A DNA stretch of 64,000 nt from Phoronis australis (taxonomy: Eukaryota; Animalia; Phoronida). The notes beneath the pieces were generated by a model. The model saw only the letters and a list, made by a program, of their open reading frames with translations. It was not told the DNA's origin and made no database searches. Made by a program: the position numbers and the translations under genes. The DNA lies in NCBI GenBank assembly GCA_002633005.1, contig NMRA01000383.1:136951-200950 (forward strand). The letters run 5' to 3'. This document shows positions 12,943 through 24,642 of this stretch, one piece after another. The first letter of the stretch is position 1. Each line of letters starts with the position of its first letter.

Positions 12943-14340
12943 ATGCCGAGAACATTAGGGCCAACTAGAAGTTATACTATGACAAGTCTGTGTGTATTAT
13001 ATAGGACAGAGCACAACACCCTATTTGGATGTGCATCAGCAAGACAGACCAGAAGCTTGCAGCTGTCAATGTTTAAACCCAACAGGTTGCTATAGCAGAA
13101 CTTTCTTATTTTAAGGAAAGACATCAAGTACCCATTTCTAAACATGTCATCACTTTCAAGCTGTTTGCAGCAACTATTTAGAAAATTTATGTTGACAACA
13201 CTGACAGCACTTATGTCTCAAGGAGAGCAGAGTTTTATATTAAGAAAGAAGCCCAAGATCTTATTAAACTACCAAGAATAAGCAGCAGTGTAACTGGTCT
13301 CACACTTAATGAATTCAAATAGGCACTTGACAGTTTTACATTTCACACTATTTGTTCCAAATAGAATTGATGACAACTGAAGTGTTTCCCATGTTGAAAA
13401 TAATGAGAAGGCACAATCATCTTTCCTCTCAGGTGAACGAGAGCTCTGATTCTGATACAAAGATCCCAAAAACTAAAACTGCCACAAGAGGGCACACCGG
13501 CAGTGGGATCACATAAAGACCATCTAGCCACCCTCTCAGCTTAGATGGAAACAGCGACATCCATATTTCATCTTTCACGACAGTCATCATCTAAGTCACG
13601 TTCACCTCAATAGAAACACAACAGCCGAATTTCAACGAAAATCTTGTAAGAGCATTAGAAGACAAAGCCAGCAGACATCAGCTGGCACACGGGATTCTTT
13701 TTCAAACAAGTCTATGTGGGTCCGCAGCTTCAGAAATCACGGCGCATAGGTTTAAGTACATGCATACATTTTGAAAACGTAGATAATTAAGAAAGATTCC
13801 AAAGAAAATTAGTCCAAACATTTTGGACAGATTAAAAAAATCAATTACGCAAATTACGCACTTACCACACTAAATGCAGGTATAAGGCACTCATTACCAT
13901 ATAATGTACGGTAAGACCAACCTCACAATGTACACCCNCCCCCCCCCCCCCCCCCGAGGATGGCTTTTCTTTGTGTTTTCGGAAATTTAGGCAACAAACC
14001 AACCAACACGCGAATTCTTTAACCCAACAGGGAGGCATGCCAACAATATTTAAGCAATTCAATGCCTGACTTAGAACCATAGATAACCACTTTGCCAATA
14101 GATGGCAAAAGTAGCAAGAAATGGGAAGTTAATCATTTTCACTGAATCGCCGAATATGACTTACAATAGATTAGCAACTCCTAGTTGTGTTGTGCCATAA
14201 GAAGACAACTTTGCAGATACCAACATGTCCCACACACTTTGCAGATGCAGATACTAACTGTCAGCGCAGATTACATAGTACATTGTGCACCCACATAAAT
14301 GTCTCAACTTATAGAGTTACAGTTATCAAACCACTTACAG

Positions 14341-14632
14341 AAAACTAGATCCACATCTTGACTAAGTAATTGTAGGGTGTTAAAACTAGATCGACATCTT
14401 GACTAAGTAATTGTAGGGTGTTAAAACTAGATCGACATCTTGACTAAGTAATTGTAGGGTGTTAAAACTAGATCCACATCTTGACTAAGTAATTGTAGGG
14501 TGTTAAAACTAGATTCACATCTTGACTAAGTAATTGTAGGGTGTTAAAACTAAATCCACATCTTGACTAAGTAATTGTAGGGTGTTAAAACTAGATTCAC
14601 ATCTTGACTAAGTAATTGTAGGGTGTTAAAAC
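14341..14632. repeat. 41-bp minisatellite, ~7 copies (only ~3 copies in the duplicate at ~12618-12745)
   Basis: AAAACTAGATCCACATCTTGACTAAGTAATTGTAGGGTGTT repeated. Confidence 0.9.
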
Positions 14633-15406
14633 TTCGTTATACGCTGCTAACACATCTCAACTCATTTACTGCTTCAGAACACAGGGACTACTTTTTTGTT
14701 TTGAATCACATAACCACAAAAATGGTTATGCGTTTAATTCCTAGAGGTCACTGAATTCGTGCAGGAGGGCAGTAGTTCTATTGAGCTTCTGTTTGCTAAT
14801 TGTATTTACATGTACATGTACAAATGTTATAGACAATAAATTTCATTCTTTTTTCAAAAGAAAAATCAAGCAAGTTTAATATTTATGGCACTTAAGTGTA
14901 TCGTAGCAGGGCTTATCTGCGTCGTACCAGAGGTACCATTCACATGAAGATTCATATCACATGACCAATGCTGCATGTCTGCACTCCATCAGATAAGTTT
15001 CAGATTCATTATCTGCGGAGGTTTTAAAAGATATTGCAAAAACTGGACTAATAGACATGGGTAAGGATAAAACTGTTGACAGATATTGAGATATTAACTA
15101 CCGATTACCAAGAATGAAATGTCACAAGTAATTTTTATTCAGTAAACCTCGAACCGTAAAGCTGTATATTTTCAAAATCCTTGAAGTACACAGCATCTTA
15201 TCGTGTGTAAAATAATAATTCCCAAAAGTTCACGATCAAGTAACTGCAATTCTAGAATGAAACTTGCAAATTCTGTTTATTTTACTTGATACAAACTTGA
15301 AAGAGTCACTGTGATTTTATTAGGCTTTTAGTCCAAAAATTCTGTTGCCAAAAAATAACCTTGGAGAAAACATGGTGATTTCCATGAAAAATAACAATAT
15401 TTAAGA

Positions 15407-17406
15407 AACAAGAGCAACGCGGAGCGTTGAAATGCGCCCACAATTGCACCGCATACGGTATCCTTCTAGGGTTGTTTATTGGTACCATAAAGTGGCCAGT
15501 AGAGGGCATACTTTGCAAAATGGAAAGGCATGGTCATTGTCTCCTCAATAGGCTAGGGGCAAAATGTGAGTAATCTTCATAATACAAGCACATCCTATAC
15601 ACCAGTTGCTTAAAGCACCACAGAAACATAGAATTAAAAACAAATTTACCAACATACGAGATTAGCACAGCATTAGAATGCCAGAAACAAATTTCTACTT
15701 GGAACTTTTCCTTCACAGTCACGAAGTAACACAAAGTATACACCTGAAGACCTATGAAAATACAGAGGTCAATGTAAAATACTAAAATTGCCACTAGAGG
15801 CAAATACTAAAATTGCCACTAGAGGCATACCGGTAATCAGAATCATCCTAAAGTCGTCATCGTCCGTTGTCAACATCACATAAATACACTTGCTAAATTT
15901 AGTAAAGATCCTGCAAACGGTTTGGGAGATACAGCCATGGGCGCAAAAAAACAAAACTGCCACTAGGAGGCGCCACAGTAGTCCAAATCGTCTGAAAATC
16001 ATTGTCAGCTGTCTTCCTTATAGTAAGCACATACACGCCAATTTTCACAATCATCCTTTGAGCGGTTTGGTTGATAGAGGGGTGGACGCAAAAATACAGA
16101 CTCGAAAACAGTAAAAATGGCCACTAGGTGGCGCAAACTACGTCGAATCCATCTGAAAACAGTAGGATAGCGTCATCTCACTAATAGGTGCCTACATACC
16201 AAATTTCATGAAAATCCGTTCAATACTTTTGAAGATACAAAGGTAAGCGTAAAAAACTAAAATTGCCACTAGGGGGCACACCGGTAGTCGGATCCGACCA
16301 AAAGTCGTCATCTTCCGTTGTTAACATCATATAAATATACTTACACAATTTGTAAAGATCCTGCGAACGGTTTAGGAGATACAGCCATAGGCGCAAAAAA
16401 ACAAAACTGCCACTAGGAGGCGCCACAGTAGTCGAAATCGTCGGAAAATCATCGTCAACCATCCTCTACATAGTAAGCATATACATGCCAATTTTCACAA
16501 TCATCCTTTGAGCGGTTTGGTTGATAGAGGGGTGGACGCACAAAAACAGACTCGAAAACACTAAAAATGGCCACTAGGTGGCGCAAACTATGTCGAATCC
16601 ATCTGAAAACGGGAGGATAGCGTCATCTCACTAATAGGTGCCTACATACCAAATTTCATGAAAATCCAATAAGGACTTGTGAAGATACAAAGGTAAGCGT
16701 AAAAAAATTAAAATTGCCACTAGGGGGCACACCGGTAGTCGGATCCGTCCAAAAGTCGTCATCTTCCGTTGTTAACATCATATAAATATACTTACACAAT
16801 TTCGTAAAGATCCTGCGAACGGTTTAGGAGATACAGCCATAGGCGCAAAAAAAACAAAACTGCCACTAGGAGGCGCCACAGTAGTCGAAATCGTCGGAAA
16901 ATCATCGTCAACCGTCCTCTACATAGTAAGCACATACATGCCAATTTTCACAATCATCCTTTGAGCGGTTTGGTTGATAGAGGGGTGGAAGCACAAAAAC
17001 AGACTCGAAAACAGTAAAAATGGCCACTAGGTGGCGCAAACTATGTCGAATCCATCCGAAAACGGCAGGATAGCGTCATCTCACTACTAGGTGCCTACAT
17101 ACCAAATTTCATGAAAATCCGTTCAGGACTTTTGAAGATACAAAGGTAAGCGTAAAAAACTAAAATTGCCACTCGGGGGCACACCGGTAGTCGGATCCAT
17201 CCGAAAGTTCGCACATGCCGTCCCATTCATGAATGGAACATATGTGCCAAATTTCATGAATGTATGTCAAAGGGTTTTGGAGATAGAGCAGCGGACGCCG
17301 GACGCCAGACGCCGGACGGACGCCGCCCGGACGGACGGACGGCCGGAAGGACGGACAGAGATGACGGCATAATGCGTCCATATATAAATATGTGGGCGCA
17401 TAAAAA
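15407..17406 (+). mobile_element. Helentron-associated non-autonomous element (HINE-like) with an internal ~450-bp higher-order repeat of three ~150-bp subunits
   Basis: 5' palindrome CAACGCGGAGCGTTG; subterminal IR ATGCGCCCACA (15432-15442) / TGTGGGCGCAT (17391-17401); tandem core array ~15800-17290; (GACG)n microsatellite ~17293-17355; 3' hairpin 17372-17401 then A run. Confidence 0.75.
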
Positions 17407-18041
17407 ACACAATCATGTAAGCACAAATGATAATATTCAAAACGTTCTTTACGAACTTTAACCCTTGCTAACAAAGGTAGCCTATAAGCTTATGTTGATT
17501 CTTTGTACACAGTATCACGAGGGGAAAATGAGCAAATTTAGAGAGAACAAATTTTTGCCGAGTCCGTAGGCAGCTGGCATGCTTCCACCATTTGAAACTG
17601 ATAGATTGCTTCCATTGCACCTTGCTTACTTCTTGGTAAAGTAATAATTGGCTGAAATATACCATTTAACTAGAATTTGTATGGGGCAGTATGGGTAACT
17701 GGTAGGCAACCGCTAATCAACACCTACTTCAGTCAGAGCAACAGTAACTTTTGGACACAAGAAGATGTCTGACAATCTAAATTCCAATTCGCTGGTAGCA
17801 ATTTTATGTCTCCAAAGCAACATGGTTGTCAGTGGAATAGCACAAGCTTGGCTGCATCACAATGAGATGAAGTGACCGTTGATACCTGGGAGCTTTAACT
17901 AGCATAAATGTCTAGTATACAGTGACCACTGCATCTATTCTCCATCAGCCTGGACACTGCAAATGACTACTTCAAAAATTCTCGCCTGTAGGGCTCCACT
18001 TGACATTACCAGCTGAGCACAACACACAGGGGAATCTCCAG

Positions 18042-18577
18042 AAGCGTGTTCAACAGAGTGAGCGCCCGCTAACGTGTACTCGCGAACACAAGGAACAGCT
18101 CCTGAACAGCTGTGAGCGCTCAATGTGCGATCCAGTATGGCGACTCTAAAGCAGATTGTGTTGAACGTCTTAGCCGATGAGTTTAACACTAACAGTCCTT
18201 CCTATGGCGTACTGAGCGATAAATATGATTAATCTTTGCCAATAATTATTAATATCGGCAGCCCAAGACAACAACCTTGAAGGCTTTGGCCCGACAAGAA
18301 ATTACGTCAAGGAAACTGTTCCTCGCTACAGCGACCCGCAATTTAAGTCGCAGTTTCGGATGAGTCGGTCAACTTTTGAGGTTAGTTTTCGTGTTGCAGA
18401 ACCATAATGGGTTCATATGTTGCAGACGTGAAGCCTTCGCAGGACGCCATCTTGGAAATCTAAGCGAACATGCTCTCGAGGTTGTTCGCGAACGCTCGCG
18501 AGCGCTAACGTGAACACAGCTGTTCAGGATGAGGGCGCTCAAATCGCTCGTGGGCGCTCACTCTATTGAACACGCTT
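18042..18577 (+). mobile_element. Internally deleted PIF/Harbinger-like transposon with a transposase N-terminal remnant
   Basis: TIR AAGCGTGTTCAACAGAGTGAGCGCCC...GGGCGCTCACTCTATTGAACACGCTT. 18300-18380 translates NYVKETVPRYSDPQFKSQFRMSRSTFE (FxxxFRMSRxTF motif of HARBI1-type transposases) then donor GTTAGT. Upstream frame has stops; no clear TSD. Confidence 0.7.
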
Positions 18578-19249
18578 GTGCTGTGACAGATATTCTCTCA
18601 TGTTGACATCACCAGCTGAGTACAGCTAACAAGGGGATCTTATGTGACCTTACAACTCACAACACTTAATCACCATCAAAATGGTGAACAGTCTTAGAGC
18701 TCTACTTTAGTTAACACATGACAACAACAAGAAAAAAGATTTCTCCACTTTCTCAAGAGTGACAGCATTGCTCAAATAATTAAATTTCCAAATGCTGTTT
18801 GATGACAGGTATACAATATGGTCCTATCATGACAACAGTAAAAATTCACCAATTTGGGACAGCCTCTAGGATTTGGAAATCTTTAGAGTTTGGGATACGG
18901 AATCTCTCACAAAAATTGAATTTTCTTCATTCTGTTATTTGAAACAAGGGCAATTTTTGCATTCGCCATATTTCTCAAATTTTAGACAATGTGAGTGGGT
19001 ACTTTTGACATCTTTGTTGTGATTTTCATTCTTAAATTTGGGATGGCCAATATTGCCTAATTCTAGAATTTAGGAGAAGCTTCGACTCCAAGCAAAATAA
19101 TTAATTTTTCACTGTCCCAAATTGGACAAATTTTTACTGAGTGAATCATCTAAAGCTGCAAATGAGGCAAGACTTACGTACTACCATAAAATTATCACCG
19201 CTTCTGAAATCAGTGTCAACAGCAACTTGAACAGGACTTCCATCTCCAT

Positions 19250-19340
19250 GCCACACAAGTCCTGCCCACGCCACACAAGTCCTGCCCACGCCACACAAGT
19301 CCTGCTCCACTCCACACAAGTCTTGCCCATGCCACACAAA
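19250..19340. repeat. 20-bp minisatellite (GCCACACAAGTCCTGCCCAC)n, ~4.5 copies
   Basis: Direct reading. Confidence 0.9.
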
Positions 19341-20111
19341 TAATATTCTGGGGTAAAACATTATGCATGTACCTCACATTCAAACTAATCATTCAAATCT
19401 TAAATATGTACTTTTTAAAATGTTGATGCATTCTTGGCAAGTTTTGTTACACATACTTGACAAATTTTGCAAAATTATGACCAGATTGACAAACTTATAC
19501 GTATTTTCCATTAGTTGAAGTCTATTGAATTTCTGTTTTCTTTTTAAACATCAAGACCAAGGCTTCATTTCCAAATAATACTTCGTAGAACCTTGATAAG
19601 ACCTACTCTTATATCCTGGTAACAATTGTGATTGACTGGGAAGTAGAGGGCTTATACAGTCATCTAGAAGGTTGATCACTTAGATAACAAGCTGCCCAGT
19701 AGTAAAACTTGAGTTGAATTGTGCTTCAACAAAAGTTAAACAGCCCTTACTGAAGATAAGGCAACCTGGAACAATGTTGAATTGGACTAGGCTTTATAAT
19801 TCCACAAATCACCATCAAGTATATGGCAGTTACAGACACAAGTTTGTGTTCAATCACATTTTATCACCAAGGCCAAAACTAGTCGCATATAGCCCACCCC
19901 GTCGCTGCCACACCCATCATTGGGTCATCCCACCCTATTGTCGCCACGCCCGTCACTGGGTCACCCTTCTCTCCCCCCCATAGGAGAGGGAGCCCCCAGT
20001 CCTGGATCCTCCTTTATATAGCAGGAGCATGTATGTGCTGGCGCTATAAATAGTTTGATTTAGCAGACATAAAATGAAGTATTAGCTCACAGATTAATAG
20101 ATCAAGCACTG

Positions 20112-20125
20112 GTTACCATGGCAAC
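20112..20125. promoter_or_regulatory. RFX X-box consensus match GTTACCATGGCAAC, intronic to the GSE1-like gene
   Basis: 14-bp near-palindromic match to GTNRCC-N2-RGYAAC; function not shown. Confidence 0.35.
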
Positions 20126-22052
20126 ACTACTAGTCAAATGGCCACAGAACATCTGGCATCAGAGATGTTGATATCAATTACACAGTGGCACTGCCTTTCA
20201 CAACGCTGACCCACATCTCAAAAACTTTAAACCCTCAAGAAAAATTTATTTAGCTGAGTCAGCTAATAGTCATGGTGTACTAATCATTACCACAAGGCAA
20301 GGAAGTGCGAAATGAAAGCTCACAAGCTAGTGTATTTTGGTCTTAACAGTGAGCAGACCTATGACCTAAACTATATATAAGTAGTCTAGACAATTGTCAA
20401 TAAATGTTGTAACAGATGCAGTGGAATTGTGACTTAGAATAGCAATCACCAACAGGGCCTTCCTCAGATTACACACTCATAGAACTCTCCTTTGTCTCTG
20501 AGGTAAGAATATGCAGTGTTTTCAGTGACCTAGTTTTGCAATATGAGCCACCCTTTCACTCAGGTCCAAAACCATTGAGGTGAATATCCGTGGAAATATT
20601 CCCAATTTCAACCATTTAAAAACAACGGTATCTTCAAGAAAGGGTATTGAGGCAGGTTTAAAATTAACCGGAATTTGCTATATCCACTCGTTCTGCATTC
20701 GCTTCTCATTGGCTGATTGATGCCAGGAAGGCCACGAACTTAAACATCAGGCATCCATGGCTATTTGTCAAGTTAATCCAACTTTCTGCCCTCAGAATTG
20801 CAGACCACAGCACATCAGTAATACTTCATGTACATTGGTAGAACGAATAGAGTAATGCAGCCCAGAAAAATTAGTAAAGAATACAACAAGAAAGAAGATG
20901 TGGAACTCCAATGGCGCACAAAAAAGTGCCTGATGAATATTGTGACATTGTAAGTAAATACAGTGAAACTGGAGTGTTGCTGTGTAATGATTTGGGAAGG
21001 CCCTATTGCATTGGTCCCATAAATAGAGAGCAGAACTACAACTAATATTTCAATCTCACAAGAATAAGCAAAACCAAAGCTTTTTACATATTTAAAACAA
21101 GCATAAAACAAAGAATTGCTAGCCTTCTGGGCTACAAAACAAAAATCATGTCGCTTCTAAGCTTGTGCTAAATTCGAAACCTTTTAAACGATGACTAAAA
21201 AAGCATAAATTCAAACCTCAGTGAATGAAAGTAGTCTCCTTTCCAAGATAAAACATCAATTCTATATTCTCTCTTTTTTCAATAAAGAGCATTCCAAGAT
21301 GAATGTAAATGAACATGTCGGCAAAATATCCCAAACATCCATCCAATGGTTTTGAAGATACAGCAGTGAACGCCAGAAGCCACAAGAACGCATGTACTAG
21401 GATGACAGCATAATGCACCCAACTATACCATACATACAATACTATAATACAATACAACACAATACAATGCACCACAATATACCACACATAATGTGACTGC
21501 ATAAAAAGCAACATACAAGGGGGTCCAAACAACGAAAATTACTTATTGACATTGATTAAAAAAGTACTATCCATGATATTCATAGGTATTCACTGTGATA
21601 TTACGTTTGTTTTAACATAACTACACCTGATGGATCCTACTCAGTACTTGCTAATTGTCTACATCTTATGATATCAATGACATTGTCTTTTAATTAGTCA
21701 CTGGTCATGAGAAAGGGAAAAGGAGTGATGTCAAATGGAGCTCTTCTCATATAGTACTAGTGGTGTTGTGGAAAATTGCAAAATGGCCATCCCGTCCAAA
21801 AAGAGGAGTAACTCTGCCGATAATTAAGCAAACCTATCTGGCAAATGTTAAGATGAGGATAATTGGTTTACCAAAATCTGTGAGAAGTGGAAAACAAAAA
21901 CGATGCCAGAGAGCAGTATGAAAATGATGTTTGGATGTTAGTCATCGGTAGGTACAATAGCCTGTGAGTAAAAACACCCAAAAATCAGTTCTAAATGAAG
22001 TCTTGCGAAGATGATGTGAAATTAAGAAAGTTGCATATCATAAAATCTGGTA

Positions 22053-22480
22053 CTGTATTCGCCCTAACAAGCGCCCATGACCCTATAGGCACCCCCCGCC
22101 CACACGTTTTCAGACTTTAATAAAATAACCGCCCAGTCCGTGAACGCCGTGTACACGCGAAAAATGCCTTCCCTACAGTTCTAAGTTGACCTATCGACAA
22201 TCGAGGCAGCGACGCATCAGTCGGTGAGTTTTCGCACTGGGATTTTCTGAAAAATGCTCGTAATTTAACAACAAAGTTTGATAACGATGCACTGCTATTT
22301 TGTAGAAACTCTGTCTTAGGTTACAGATGCGTCACAGAGCGTAAATTTGATGAATTCTAGCTTACAATTTCACCTGTTTCGGAGACCAGGTTTCAACCAC
22401 TAGGCACTTTGGGCTATAAGTGCCCCCTTCCTGAAGCAAATTTTTCTAAGCGCCCTGGGTGCTTTTTAGGGCGAATTTGG
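22053..22480. mobile_element. Degenerate TA-flanked MITE
   Basis: TA|CTGTATTCGCCCTAACAAGCGCCCA ... TGGGTGCTTTTTAGGGCGAATTTGG|TA imperfect TIRs. Confidence 0.65.
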
Positions 22481-22695
22481 TATGTAAGGTTAGTTCACAT
22501 TCAAATTAACGTTTCTGTTCACAGTGCAATGCAATTAATGCCGAATATAAGACCATGATCACATACATACCAGGTTTTAAAATAGCTCTTTTCTGTTCAG
22601 GAAGCATTCAAGAACAGATTCAAAGTCAATGTTGCAAGGAATAGACACATGATGCATTATAAAGTGACTATTGTCACTATATTAACTGTATGTAC

Positions 22696-23850
22696 CTGCT
22701 TTCTTCCCACTGCCTCCACAGATTCATTGGATAGAGGGCGCTCCTTGACGACCCAATTGTACTTGCGCATGTTGACCGGCAGGCCCATCTTCTCATACTC
22801 TTCATACTGACTGGTCAGCTGGTCATGACAGTCTGTGCAGATGACCACACTACTACCCTGGTCCACTACCAGTGACCGTGGAGGTCGAGGGTGCGACTCC
22901 AGAAACGGAAATTGCTTGATAAGGATGACACGCGCTCGTCTACGTTTGAACCTAACGCTGCAGACAAAACAGGTCATACCACTAGGGTTATATGTGCGCA
23001 ACCAACGATTGCGATCCCTGAGGTCTGGCGAGAGTTCGTAGTCATTCCATTGCTGGACAAGATTCAAAGAGCACAGGACACATACTATGACAGTGCCCTC
23101 TTCAGAGATCGGCTCTGCTTCATCGGCATTCTTATGGTTACTAAGGAACGGGAAAAACGGACTAACACCATCACCAACAGCAGTCTTCTTTGGGCAGGAG
23201 CTGAGGATAATGGCTTGTCCAAGCTGGCACTTCACACCACAAAGGAAACATGTGTTGGTGATTGACTGTGAGTCGCTCAACCGTGCATCCTCATTACTGT
23301 CTGAAGCATTTGATGCGCGACGGGAAGAGACTCGAGATGGTAAGCCGCCAATCATGGTTGTCAATGAAGCATGATGTGGTGGCATGGTAGCTACAGCCAA
23401 GAGACCCACCGACTTGGATGGGTTGGGTACAGGAGACACATGATCAGGGTACACCTCCACACTTAATGGATTAGTTGCACTTAGCTTACTGCCAGTGTTT
23501 GAAACTGGCGACCGATTGGCAAGGTGATACGTCTGCTCATGTTCAATCACATTCCTTTCGCGGAAACTTTTCCATTGAGCCTTTAAACTCTTGTAGCATG
23601 TCCGGCACGTGCGAACACGCTTTTTCGAGTCAAGTGCTTTAGCTCCTGTAGCTGGTTGCACCGAGACCAGAAACGGCAAAAACATGTTCTCACCAGCTGG
23701 TTCTGTAGCAATCTTTTTGGAAGAGTCAGCCTCAGTTCGCTGACCACAAATATAGCAGACAATCTGCTGTTGCACTTTTGTTTCTGGTCCTGACACAGAC
23801 GAAATTGAACCTTCTTGCGCTGTACTGCCACAAGACTGATGTTGCTGTTT

Positions 23851-23885
<35 letters not shown>

Positions 23886-24642
23886 GGTAGGCCAGCCATT
23901 GTCTGTACATCGACTGATGACACATTGTACATACCGTCGTTACACCATGCTTGTTCAAGGGAGACGCTCCCTGGTATGGTTTAGCTGCTTCCAGAGAAGG
24001 AAAGTAGGGCGCGCCATGTGGTTGTGGCCGGGAGGAAACATGGCGCGCAACATCCAACGGTTCCGTTTTACCACAAGTGAAACATATGAACATTCCTTGA
24101 GGCTCCATTGTGAGGTCATCCTTGCACAATGGAGTTCCTCTCTCTGACTTTGTTTCATTGGATTCCCGGTGTACACTAAGGTCCAAAGGAGCAGGATCAT
24201 CAAAGCTGGTGGAACCCTTAAATGTGTCACTAGTTCGTTCTCGACTAAGCAATGGAGAGTACACAGCACTGCCCGACTCGGGGAAACAGTTGTATCCATT
24301 TCCATTAAACGGCACACCCATTAACTGAGCCACAAACTCACCCTGTAGCTCAGGTTCTGCCCCTGTGAAGTGCCGGTTGTCAGCACGCTTCAGCCAGTAT
24401 AATCGCTTCAAGTGACTAGTATTAGACTGTTCAAACGAGTTCCACTGCTGCATAAGAAAGAAGTAGCAGACATTGCACGCCTTCACTACACCGTCAGGAC
24501 CTGGTCGTTGACAGCCACGGGGAGGATCGTGGTGTTGGAGGAAAGGAAAGTAGGGTCCATCATCACGAGACTTGGAGCATAAGTCAAGACTGGCTCCCTG
24601 GTTACTGCCACAGACAAAGCACACATTCCCAGTCTTCAACAT
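22696..24642 (-). CDS. GSE1: Large 5' coding exon (649 codons) of a GSE1 long-isoform / Drosophila plexus-like nuclear protein with five Cys4 repeats and a polyQ tract
   Basis: 661-aa ORF with repeats CxxC...P(Y/F)FPFL...CxxC...L..QW, plus KRLYWLKR, as I recall for GSE1 long isoforms and plexus. Acceptor TTGTAG| gives exon start 24654; donor CAG|GTACAT after 22696 (phase 0). The GSE1 C-terminal coiled coil is not in the window, so the symbol is tentative. Confidence 0.7.

Larger units (their letters stand above)
11219..14632. repeat. ~1.5-kb near-identical tandem duplication (copy 1 ~11219-12745, copy 2 ~12940-14632), possibly two haplotypes joined at an N
   Basis: Both copies begin AAAATGC..AGAACATTAGGGCCAACTAGAAGTTATACT and are collinear with scattered SNPs and indels; N at 12746 between them. 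Confidence 0.85.

Noticed and set aside
22835-24328. Several plus-strand and alternate-frame ORFs overlapping the large exon
   Set aside because: Shadow ORFs of the GC-richer GSE1-like coding exon (e.g. poly-V/L/T from the polyQ codons).
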